Shown here: positions 49,713-64,000 of the stretch, piece after piece
Layout of the letters: the number at the start of each line of letters is the position of its first letter
Numbering within the stretch: position 1 is the first letter of the stretch
From: Octopus sinensis
Lineage: Eukaryota
DNA: 64,000 nt
Assembly (NCBI RefSeq): GCF_006345805.1
Contig: NC_043004.1
Location: 95,232,001-95,296,000, forward strand
Reading direction: 5' to 3'
Made by a program: the position numbers and the translations under genes
The notes under the pieces: generated by a model
What the model was told of the DNA's origin: nothing
What the model saw: the letters and a program-made list of their open reading frames with translations, nothing else
Database searches by the model: none

Positions 49713-50589
49713 TTGTGTGTTAAGTAAATGCGCGTGTATGTGTGTGTGTGAGTGAGTTCTGATGTGTGCATGTCCTAGCGAGTATGTGTATATGCATGTG
49801 TGTAGATGTGTGTGTGAGTGTGTGTGTATGGGGGGGAGGAGCATTTGCTTCTGTATTCTGGTCTGTGTATGCGTGTGTATGTGAAAGGTGCCAATGACCA
49901 ACGAGGGGACGAACGTATGTGTGAGTGAGCTAATGTGTGCGCATGTATGAGTGATTGTATGATTATGTGAAGAATAGGTTTGTATGGGAGTATATGTATC
50001 TGCGTTTTGGTGTATGTGTGTGTGTGAGAGAGAGAGAGAGAGCGTGTGCGTGCGGGCACGCGCGTGCTAAAAGACAAAATGATAAAGGAAAAGAGATACA
50101 TGTAGATGTATGATATTCGGGTATAACTTTCTGAAAATGTGTGGGAAGGAATAATAGCAGAAAAGAGATGTTTATATCTGGAAGCTGTGTCAGTGTGTGC
50201 AATGGATGGATGTAGGGATGGCGTAGAGGTGGGGAGGGAAGTAAGTTGGAGGAATTAATGTATTGATGGGGCAGATTGAAGGATGACACTAGCATGTGGC
50301 TGATTTTAGTGAGATGGATGTGGGGCTACGGTGGGGGATAAGGGGTAAGTTGTGAGATGGGAAGTAACAATATAAGGTGCGTAATTCTAGAGCAGACGGG
50401 AAAGTGTTGCTCCGATCCGGCCAGCCCCAAGGAAAAACTATAGGGAGAATTTACGAAAAAAACAACAAAAGACGAAGACAGGTGGTGTACAAAACAAACA
50501 GATGTATTAGTATAACGCTCAGGAATAGAAAAAGTCTTTTACGTTTCGAGCCTACGCTCTTCTACAGATAGGGACACAGAAAAAAAGGA

Positions 50590-52900
<2,311 letters not shown>

Positions 52901-53535
52901 ACATTCATTACAAATCAGTTTTGTATATGTGTGTTTGTATACATTGTATGTGCATATAACAATGACTATAAAATATAACACAGATATATATATATTTATA
53001 TTTTTATGTATCTGTTTCCTTATTTCATAATCCTATCGCCATTCTTCACATCAATCATTTGCATACAAATGAGCGTGATTACGATCATAGTCATGTCGAT
53101 GCCGGTGGTGATGGTGATGATGATGGTGAGGAGGAGGAGGAGAAGGGGGATGTCGACGACGAGGACGATGGACGTCCAGAAAGATGAAGAAAAGGAGGAG
53201 AAATACAATTATTATGATTTGGGGAGAGTATCAGATCACTTGGTAAAAATTGCCTCACAGTGTGTATCGTTGTGTAATTTCCAGTTCACAGTTCAAGTCC
53301 TGCAAGTGTTGGTTGTGTTGCATTCATTTAACTGAAATCAAATTAGGGGAAGAAGTTAGATACTGCAGAAGATATATTTAACAATAAATGCCCAGTCTTA
53401 TTCACTGTGTTCGTGCCACTGTTAGAAACAACGGGATCTTTCTCTCTGTTCTTCATGTTCTGGGTCAAAATTCCTCAAGGATCAACTTCGCCTTTCATTC
53501 TTTTGGCGCCGATAAAAAAAAAAGGTACCAATTCA

Positions 53536-53706
53536 GGCGTAGGAGTGGCTGTGTGGTAAGTAGCTTGCTAACCAACCACATGGTTCCGGGTTCAGTCCCA
53601 CTGCGTGGCATCTTGGGCAAGTGTCTTCTGCTATAGCCCCGGGCCGATCAATGCCTTGTGAGTGGATTTGGTAGACGGAAACTGAAAGAAGCCTGTCGTA
53701 TATATG

Positions 53707-53757
<51 letters not shown>

Positions 53758-53976
53758 TTGTGTGTCTGTGTTTGTCCCCCTAGCATTGTTTGACAACCAA
53801 TGCTGGTGTGTTTACGTCCCCGTCACTTAGCGGTTCGGCAAAAGACACCGATAGAATAAGTACTGGGTTTACAAAGAATAAGTCCCGGGGTCGATTTGCT
53901 CGACTAAAAGGCGGTGCTCCAGCATGGCCGCAGTCAAATGACTGAAACAAGTAAAAGAGTAAAAGAGTAAAGAGTA
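53536..53976 (+). mobile_element. SINE family B, full length
   Basis: Consensus match. Confidence 0.92.
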
Positions 53977-54130
53977 ATTCAACACTAGGGTTGATCTAAT
54001 TGACTATTCCTCTGCTCTAAACTTGGTAGCCTTGGGCCTCATTTTCAAGCTGCTATTCTTATTATTATATTTTACTTCTCAGATCTGTCGATCTTACTCG
54101 CTCCTGTTAATTCTCTTTCTTTTTTTTTTT

Positions 54131-54680
54131 TTTTTACTCTTTTTATACTTGTTTCAGTTATTTGACTGTTGCCACGCTGGAGCACCGCCTTTTAGTCGAG
54201 CAAATCGACCCCGGGACTTATTCTTTGTAAGCCTAGTACTTATTCTATCGGTCTGTTTTGCCGAACCGCTAAGTTACGGGGACGTAAACACAACAGCATC
54301 GGTTGTCAAGCGATGTTGCGGGGACAAACACAGACACACAAACATATACACACACGTACACACACACACACACACACACACCACACATATACACATATAT
54401 ATATATATATATATATAAATATATATATATATACGTATATATATATATATATACATACATACATACATACATACATACATACATACATACATACATACAT
54501 ACATAAATACATATATATATACATACATACGACGGGCTTCTTTCAGTTTTCGTCTACCAAATCTATTCAGGAGACTTTGGTCGGCCCGAGGCTATAGTAG
54601 AAGATACTTGCCCAAGGTGCCACGCAGTGGGACTGAACCCGGAACCATGTGGTCGGTAAGCAAGCTACTTATCTCACAGC
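54131..54680 (-). mobile_element. SINE family B with expanded internal microsatellite
   Basis: Reverse complement of family B; internal array ~54340-54530. Confidence 0.88.
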
Positions 54681-55973
54681 CTAACACCGTGCTGCTATTT
54701 TTATTATTATTATTACTCCGCAAAGGTCGACTTTGCCCTTCATCCTTTCGGGATCGATAAAATTATTACCTGAATAACTATCCGTAAAGGACTAGAGACG
54801 ACGTTATCTACCATCTGCTGTCTTGAACCTGCCGGCCTCGCCGAACTTTGACATCTTTTTATACGCCGTGGTGGCCGTGGCGAAAGCGGTTGTATGGTGG
54901 ACGAGATTGAAGCGGCTGAGGACAACCATTTTTCTCTTTGGTCAATCCCTGATGAACTTCATGTTTTACTTGAAAAGGAAAATAAGTGTGGAGAGGGAAG
55001 TGTTGTCTTCTGGCCAGTTTGCCGAAAGGTGGATGAAATTTGCGAGAACGGGCCTGCCTTTAGCATACGCCTGTAGCTGGAAAAAAAAAGGGAAGGAAAA
55101 AAGCATCTGTCCCAAAAGTCAAGGTACCCATGACACATATATTAAATATATTTTTCTTAAAATTTACTTAACACTAAATGGCAGTAAGCAATCTGGAGTC
55201 ACTGAATATCTAGATCGATCAGGCATCTGCACCTAAAAATTCACTTTCTAAGAGGCAGGACTGGAAATTGTGTAGTTTTATTTTTTGCGAAAACACAGCA
55301 GTTGTCCATGAAATTGTGATTTTCTGCTTTTCATGCCGCTAATATTTGCCCAGAAGGGTTTGTATAGTCTGGCACTAGAGACACTGCAAATGACCAGAAC
55401 AAATACTACAATGTATCTCATCTGAAAGTCTGACAACTCCATCAATCTTTCACTCATCTTAATCTGGTATTTTATTAATCAACCCCAAAATTATAGAAAA
55501 AAAATAAGAATATGATTTATAAATTAAGAAAGTTGTTAAAACATCGGTTAGAATGCTTTGCGGTCTTTGTTCTGGGACTCCGCTGCTAGAGTTCAAGTTC
55601 CACTAAGTCCAACATGGAAAAATAAAATTTTTAACATTAATTTTATTAATTTACAATGAAAATTGCTGCAATTCACTATTTGCCTATGGTGAATCTTTGA
55701 CTGGAAACAAATGCTGTGGTATTCCCTTCTTTTAGTGCCAGAAACACTTGTTTATTTTTTAAATGGTTAATCCAGCCTCATGTATCATAATAAAACCTTT
55801 AGGACCTATACTTCCTTAAACGGAATTAACATATTGGTCCGTCTTCTCATCTACTCATTCTAGCTCATACAATGTCTATCTGTCTACACTTACATAGCCT
55901 TATACATACTATCCACAATCATATCATCACACTACGGTGCAAACATCTCACCCTATATACATATATTATATAT

Positions 55974-56020
<47 letters not shown>

Positions 56021-58085
56021 TACTCAAAATGAAAGACCTTCGAGACATTCAAAGGAAGCAATTTATCGCTGCAAGCAAAACAAATCCACGAAGTCAGAAT
56101 GAAAGTAATTACAGCCTCATTTAAACAACCCAGGCATGTCAAAAGAATCTCAGAACACAAATATAAAACTATAAAACAGAGATTTACACGCATGAATATG
56201 AGAAACTACAATGACTTTAGTTTATTTTAAAACGCACCACTAATGACGTGGAAGTAAAATGTGTGTAACTACCTTGCTTCAATCAAGTCCACCTTGCCTG
56301 TCTTCACTAACTGAGGTTGTTACCATTATCAAATGTATTGAAATACGAAAATAGACTTTTGTTGGATGGCCAGCGACATTTCCAGACAGCTTCATGAGAT
56401 TCTACGATAAACCATTATATGCCTGGAGTGTACAATGTGACTCGTGCTTTGAAGAGGCACTATATATCCAATACATACGCCAGGTGAAATGGTATTTCGT
56501 CCGTCATTACGCAGTATTTCGCGGTATTTCGTCTGTCTTTACGTTCTGAGTTCAAATTCCACCGAGGTGGACTTCGCCCTTCATCCCCTCGGGGTCGAAA
56601 AATAAGTACCAGTTGAGTACTGGGGTTGATTTAATTGACTATTTCCCACCCCCAAATTTCAGGCATTGAGCCTATAGTAGAAAGGGTTACATATATGGTA
56701 CAACAGACTCAAGGATCACATGAACATATTAACTGTCAATCTGTACGTTGTAATTAAGCTACATCAGAACAGAAAGTTTCCGTGGGGTAAAAGAGAAGTC
56801 TTTTACTTTATCTTTTTGTCAATACAGACTGTCATTAGTTCCCTCAGTTTCAGGATTTAGCTACTTCAGCATTGATAAGAAATTAAACAAAAACAATAAA
56901 CAGTCAGAGAATTGGCAGAGTTGTTAGAACCGAACGAAATATCTTCCTGTTTTATTTCAGGTCCTTTCTTCATGAGTTCAAATTCTACCACGGCTAGCTT
57001 AGTCTCTCATCCCTTAGGAGCCGATACGTAAAGTTTTAATTTCAAGCGGAGAATAGTTTAAAAGTTAAGAGCGTTGAGTGGTCTTTGAGTTCAATTCTTG
57101 GCATGGCCTAGTGGATGGTAGACGTTATCCATCTCTCGGTTTTAAATTATCTCTCATATCCTTGGATGAATTTAGCTGAGTTCCTTTTTTTTCTTGCAAG
57201 TATCCAAGCCAGATCGTCGGTTTCTTGTTCTCGGCAGTCTTGCAGGCTCCTTTCCGATTAAGCAATAAAAATAACAGTAAAGTAACCAGGTTTTAGATGT
57301 CGATATAAGATCTCAGTAACAACTTCGGAGAGAACAATGGCACAGAACCACTTAGACGATATGCTGAATGAAAGCAGTGTCAACAATCTGAACCAATCAA
57401 GGTAAATTTTATGCAGAAGTTAACTTTTATATTAAATAGAGTTAACTATACACTTTTACACAACTTCTCCAGAATGTCTATTGAAATTTGTTAGGTAGAG
57501 AACAGTTCTTTGAAAATCTACTTAACAAACTGACTGACTTTTAAAGACAAATGTAAAGACTTGCTCTTCACATCTTTATGCTTAATGGAACATTTAAAAA
57601 TCGGGTAATTCTTCCATTGTTTCTCTCCTCATCTACCCAAGAGATTTCTGTAGTCTGAGCTCAGTTGGTGTCTACTGTACATACATACATACATACATAC
57701 TTTCACATATTTGCGTATGTATGTATATACGTGTGTGTGCGTGTGTGTGCGCGTGCGTGCGTGTGTGTGCGCGTGCGTGCGTGCGTGTGTGTGCATCACA
57801 CAAATATATATATGTACATGTGTATGTACATATATATATATGTATATATGTATATATGTATGTATATATGTATGTAACTTTGTAAGTATCTGTGCATGTG
57901 TTCATGCATATGTTTATGCATGAACATGTGTGCGCGTATGTATATATATATCCGTGTGTGTGTGTATATATGTGTATGTATTCTTACGTGCATGAGAAGG
58001 AATGAGGAAATGAAATTCCAGAAAATATTGTATTCGATGTTCTGACGTACAAAAACAGCTTCAGGATGATGATGACGATGACGAC

Positions 58086-58137
<52 letters not shown>

Positions 58138-58340
58138 GTGGTGGTGGTGGTGGTGGTGGTGGTGGTGATGGCGGTCATGATGGAATTTAGATTGGTACTG
58201 ATGAAGAAAGCAGCCACGACGGTTCAATTCTCATTAAAGGCTGAAGCAACAGCATTAACAATAAGTATGAACTGTGAGTGATTGCATAGTATGACGAACT
58301 CTGGTAGTCATAAGTCTTACTGGCACTCCTATAATCTTAC

Positions 58341-58379
58341 CTGTCACAGAAACACAACATAAATACTTCACCTTTCCAA
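58341..58379 (-). other. Candidate 39-nt host exon
   Basis: TTTCTCTCTTTACGCAG| ... ACAG|GTAAGA; open in phase 1-1 (GKVKYLCCVSVT) and phase 2-2 (WKGEVFMLCFCD). Confidence 0.3.
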
Positions 58380-58431
58380 CTGCGTAAAGAGAGAAATTAA
58401 TCATGGGAAACTGGAAGAAAATTCTTCTATA

Positions 58432-58937
58432 TCTATATATATAAAACTCTAGTTGTGTGAGTGTCTGTCCCCTTCGATTTAGATTCCTAACTACTCCCAC
58501 ATTTTGCGGTGCAGTTTAACCAAATTCGGGTATCATATAGTCGTGATTCATATCGAGCCCGTCTGACTATTAGCGCGCGTCAACGATGAGTCTACGATTT
58601 TAAAAATAATTTAACATCATTTTTTATTCCATTTTAATGCATAAAATGCATCGTGTGTCGATGGCGGCGGAGTTGGCGTCCACGCTCACAGCTGCACCTG
58701 TTTGCTTCTCCCCCTTCCCTCCCTCGTGAAGCTGTGGGGAAGGGAGTGTAAAGAAATCAACGTCGTAATGCGTTGTGAAGGAAACCAGCGTTCTTTTAGA
58801 ACAACGACTTCATGGCTTGAAGACACCAAAACAAAAATGGCTAAGAAAGCCCGAATTTATAAGGGAAGTAACTCTCTAAAAATGCTTATATAGTTATTTC
58901 CCTTACAAACCCGAGCAACGCCGGGCGATACCGCTAG
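58432..58937 (+). mobile_element. Non-autonomous Helitron with an extra internal segment
   Basis: TC...hairpin...CTAG; unique segment at ~58641-58858. Confidence 0.85.
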
Positions 58938-58938
58938 T

Positions 58939-59331
58939 TCTATATATATAAAAGTGAAGTTGTGTGTCTGTCTCCTACGATTTAGATTCCTAACTACTCC
59001 CACATTTTGCTGTGCAGTTTAACCAAATTCGGGTATCTTATAGTCGTGATTCATATCGAGCCCGTCTGGGTATTAGCGCGCGTCTACGATGAGTCTACGA
59101 TTTTAAAAATAATTTACCATAATTTTTTTCCATTTTAAAGCATATTTTTTAAATAAAGGGAAGTAACTCTCTAAAAATGTCTACGATGAGTCAACGATTT
59201 TTTAAAAAATTTACCATAGTTTTTTTTTCCATTTTTAATGCATTTTCTGCTGTTTTTTGGCTATAACTCTCTAAAAATGCTTTATAGTTATTTCCCTTAC
59301 AAACCCGAGCAACGCCGGGCGATACTGCTAG
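58939..59331 (+). mobile_element. Non-autonomous Helitron, head-to-tail with the previous copy
   Basis: TC start 1 nt after the previous CTAG; same hairpin and CTAG end. Confidence 0.87.
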
Positions 59332-59711
59332 TTCTATACAAAATTGCTTAGTATTAGTTCATAGTCTATTACTGTGGTTTTCATTAGCAGTCTACAAATT
59401 TAATGTCCAACAAAACCGAGACACAACTTCTCCTCGACCAACACATTACTTTTGCATCTCATCGTTTGTCTTTAGTTCCTTTAACACGTCTATTAGTTGC
59501 ACATTTACTATGCGAAGAACTGTGAACTTCAAGTTGATGTGAAAAAAGAAGGGCACTTCCTCGCACTTTTAGTTTCTTTATATCGAACTTCATGTTTTAA
59601 TTTTCATATTTTTCTATCTTTTCTTATCTTTTTCCCTGAATTCAGCAGCTTGCTACCCTTGCCTGCTCTACGTCTATTTTATTTTCTAATTGACAGCATC
59701 TCAGAACGGAT

Positions 59712-59790
59712 ACAATACCGGTGATTGTAGGAGCACTTGGAATGATAAAAAAGGGAACTGAAAATTATTGCAGGATGATCTCTGGCTTAC
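59712..59790 (+). mobile_element. Short diverged R4/Dong-like endonuclease remnant
   Basis: IPVIVGALGMIKKGTENY, matching LPIIVGALGMIKK at 44440. Confidence 0.55.
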
Positions 59791-61271
59791 CATCATTGAT
59801 TTTGTAAATGAACACTCTGATCTGTTCATGTTGATAGCCTACCAATGTATACAGTGAGTTTCTTTGCCCTAGGTGATGGGAAGACACTTGGCGAGGAATA
59901 GAAACAAAACTGAAATAATAATAATAATACCAAAAGTGATGGAGTAAGACTGTTGGTTATGGCCAGGAGGAGTCGTTTGGTCTCCTGTTTGGCCTCTAAA
60001 AGCGTGAATGAGACAGTCTTCCTCGATGCTTCTGGAACTGCACCTAGTAATAATGCTCTAGAAACTCTAGTCTGGTTGCTTTCTTTTTCTGTCACATTTA
60101 GCTTTTCCAGCTCTTCCAGACAGAAAACCCGCAAAATACCTTTATTTCCACATGTGTAGCAGCTAGGCTTCTTTCTGTCTTGAAAAGAAAAAGACATTGT
60201 AAATCTTTTCGCTCAGCACTTTCTTCAGAGCACAAAACTGGGGTCGCTTTGTAATTTTGTTGGGTCATGAAGATTTATACAGCTATAAAAAATATCTAAC
60301 GTAAGTCGCGCTAATGCTGACTTATCTGTGTTACGAAAATTATCAGGAACCAGGCGTCAACGTGATCACCAACGTCTATTACGCTGTCTTCTGGTTCCTT
60401 CATCACATATACCGTGGGACTAGTTTTTGCATAGGTATGTGATGCACTAACTGAGAGGGGCTGTATCCTCGATCCCACTTTGTTTTTCTAAACAACTCAT
60501 ACTGATCTCATTCCACGTTTCAGGTCGAGTTACCTGCAGTTACTATTTCGTCAGATTGTAACTATCGAAATGCAGAGACAAGTTAGTTCTCACACTCTGA
60601 TGAAAGTTTGTAGTATTGATGAGCTTACTCTTATCATTCTGCCAGACAGACTTTTCCTCCGCCAAATAATCTTAATCTGTTTTAGGTAGCTCTAGTGAAC
60701 GAAAAACGGCTGAAAGCGTTATTTCTATTTCTCAGCGCGATATCTCCATTCAGTCGGTTGAATGCTTGTTATTCTCTAATTTTTAATAACTATAAGTGCG
60801 CATGTGCGCTTTTATTATTTTTGTTGTATGATAAAAAATGTGCATTTTCAGACATCTGATATGACTTTCTCTATTTGAGAATATATTCTTCTTTCTGTTT
60901 GTCATTTAAAAAAAAAAATTTGAATATCTTTAAATTTGTTTTCGTGTACTTGGATATCAATTTTATTTTCAGAGGGCTTAGTCAGTGCTTCCTCCCGTGT
61001 TTTTAGCTTTAACAGCTCTTCTAGGACTGGAAGCCATATTAACAGTTAATGTTGACAATTGAAATCCGGAAAAAAATAAAGTGATAGACTTTCTATCTAT
61101 TTCAGGTAGACATGATGATGTTCTAAACTCCGCTATTTTCAAAATAATCCCCAAAAAGAAATACTTTTTGTCCAGCTAAACTTGTTTAAGCACTAATTTC
61201 CATGGAGCCATTATTTAAGAGACATTAATTTAGACAAAAACACTACAAGAGCAACAACAGCAATAATAATG

Positions 61272-61337
<66 letters not shown>

Positions 61338-61940
61338 GCAACAACAACAACAATGATAATAATAAAAACCATGATGCAGTACCAGACAGTGGCTCTCGTG
61401 GTTTCTCATCTGAACTGATTGGAAGTGCTATCATGTACATTGTGCTGTCTTGGTATCAAAGATGGACTACAGCAAATATTCTGCTCAATACCACAGATCT
61501 GCATGTCAGTTGTTTGACCTTAACCAGTTGAGCATGTTGAGCATGTCCCTTAGTGGCTGACGATATGTGCATTTCTGATCATGAGCAGAAGTAGTCGGGG
61601 AGCATCATAGCCATGTGTTGAGAGGAATTCTTTGGGGTTTGAATAATTCACCTTTGGAAACATGAGTGTTTCGTTCAACATCCTTAAACAACCCTTATTC
61701 AGATATCTTTTGAGGGGAATGGGCTACTCGACCCGAAGAAAATTGTAACTGGGCCCCACTTGCATGTTCATGCGCTGTTTGTCTTGATATGAGATTACCA
61801 TATCGCGCACATATGATTGTGATGCATGTGCCTAGTGTACTCTTATTAGACGGGTAGTCATGATGGGTATATTAGGTTTCGTATATTTTACCCCACTGTC
61901 ACTGCTCTCTCACTCAATAATAATAATAATAATAATAATA

Positions 61941-61981
<41 letters not shown>

Positions 61982-63201
61982 GTTTCAAATTGTGGCACAT
62001 GACCAGCAATTTCGGGGGAGGTGTAAGTCGATTACATCGACCCCAGTATTCGACTGTCGAAAAGATGAAAAACAAAGTCACCTTCGTGAGAGTTTGCACT
62101 GAGAACGTAAGGAACCGGGAAAAGTGCCGCTACGCAATGCTTCTAGATTTGCATCCTAAACGAAAGCATATTCTTCTTCTCCTAATCTTCTTTCAATTCG
62201 TTTTCCAGATCTTTGGTTCGTTTGTTTTCTGAAGAAGTATGAACTTCAATTTGACTGGAGTTAGGATGGTGGGTTTCTCCGCTCGTGTTTTTGCCTCATA
62301 CTGTAGTGTTTTCTTTTTCCAAATGGTTCTTTGTTTTTTTCTTTTCTCTTGCCCTCCAGCATTTAGCAAAGCCCCTACTCGTTTTCCATCTGCTCTGTTA
62401 CCCTCACTAGCTTGTCAGATTTCAAGTTCTTTTACCTGATAATATACAATTCCAATCTCTGCATCCCTACAAATTCAAAGGGACGAGATTAATCGATACA
62501 GTCAACACCAACACTAATACTTAATTGACCCCGTAGAGATGAATGTCAAAGTTGGCCTCGTCGGAATTTGAACTCGGGACATAAAAGAGCTGTAAGATAT
62601 ACTGCAAGGCATTTTGTCTGACACGCTAACCATTCTGCCTATCAATCCCATTCTACTGATAATAAATAAGATGTAAATGATACTCGTTCTACTAACAACA
62701 ATGGTGATAGTGATGATGACGTTAATTAATTAATTAATTAATTAATTATTGCTGCTGTCGTTGTTGTTGTTGTTGCCGTTGTTGTTGTCGTCGTCGTTGT
62801 TGTTGTTGGTTTTTTGTGGTTATTGTTGTTGTTGTTAGCATACAAAGAGAGAGAGATAGAGGGGGCATTGCAAAAGTTAGAATTTAATGAGAAACGACGG
62901 TGTGATGGGATTTCAGCCATTTTAATTAGGAGAATTGATGCAATGATGGCAAGTTTCTTTCTCCCCAGATGGTTTTTACATTAAGATTAAAGCTGAATGA
63001 CTGGAACTTGCAGGATCAGAAGAATTGATCATTTTCAGACATGGGCAGTAAATCTCTTGGTTACACTTATGTATGAAAATTGGCAAATTGATAATGGTTA
63101 ATGACCAGGTTCAAACTCAGTCAAGACATTGAAACGGAGTGATTTTAGAATATCTGGAGAAAAGTCTAATTACATATAAGTGTTTGTATTACATACAAAG
63201 T

Positions 63202-63277
<76 letters not shown>

Positions 63278-63487
63278 GTACATGTACATGTATAAATGTA
63301 TACATATGTGTGTGCGTATGTATGTACATGTGAACACACGCAGATATTTACATACTTGAATAAACCATGTATATCAACATATGCACATACATGCGTATAT
63401 ATACAAAGAAATTATGAATACATATGTAGATATTTCTGGCTGTGCGTATGTGCGCATATATGTATATATATATATATATATATAATA

Positions 63488-63548
<61 letters not shown>

Positions 63549-63689
63549 ATACATACATATATATATATATATGTATATATATATAATATATATGAGTCTG
63601 TTGAAAGAAAGTTAGTGACAGATAATATATATGCACAGACACCGACACTCACAAGTACATGCGCACAAACGCAAACACACAAGCACGCA

Positions 63690-63734
<45 letters not shown>

Positions 63735-64000
63735 TCACAAGCAAACACACACACAAACACACACACGTGCTTATCTATCTGAGAAATAGTTCTTCATTAA
63801 TGCCAATCTTGTTAATGATACATATTTAAAAGCGAATAATTACTTTTAACGAGACTTTTGTAGCTACAATTAAGTCTTGGCTCTCGAAGAAGAGAATATA
63901 AAAATGGAAATTTGTAAAATAGTTTTAGTAACTCTCGGGGCCATCATTAGAAAGGGTTGCTTCAACTAAACCTGGCACATCTTTATCTATTGTCTTTCCA

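Noticed and set aside
54740-55076. A single 307-nt exon with one internal TGA (possible readthrough or Sec)
   Set aside because: All frames contain stops, the donor overlaps a SINE A end, and no SECIS was evident. Kept only as a weak exon candidate.
61370-61900. Non-repetitive block that looks like a LINE 5' region (also 29340-29810, with a ~31-bp tandem at 29691-29752)
   Set aside because: Single copy in this window with no diagnostic motif; cannot be classified without a search.
62722-62748. (TTAA)n self-complementary run
   Set aside because: Short simple repeat with no piggyBac-type ends nearby.

Overview
Eukaryotic, AT-rich, microsatellite-dense DNA made up almost entirely of transposable elements. 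The SINE families and repeat landscape suggest an octopod cephalopod; that is recalled resemblance, not a database result. No host gene could be identified, although weak exon candidates lie at 54.8-60.2 kb. Main contents: (1) a near-intact CR1-clade LINE at ~1.5-6.2 kb (+); (2) a full-length, frameshifted CR1-clade LINE with a poly-Q/CCCH ORF1 at 32.4-37.0 kb (-); (3) a complete DD34D mariner with TIRs and TA duplication (22.8-24.1 kb); (4) a Penelope-like element at 37.8-40.7 kb, in which ~665-bp inverted repeats, each with an intact minimal type I hammerhead ribozyme, flank an RT-less GIY-YIG ORF; (5) a fold-back DD41D (rosa-type) remnant; (6) two R4/Dong 3' ends nested in one (TAA)n array; (7) three non-autonomous Helitrons; (8) many tRNA-derived SINEs, one family sharing its 3' stem-loop with the local CR1 LINEs. 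Most ORFs in the supplied track are microsatellite translations.
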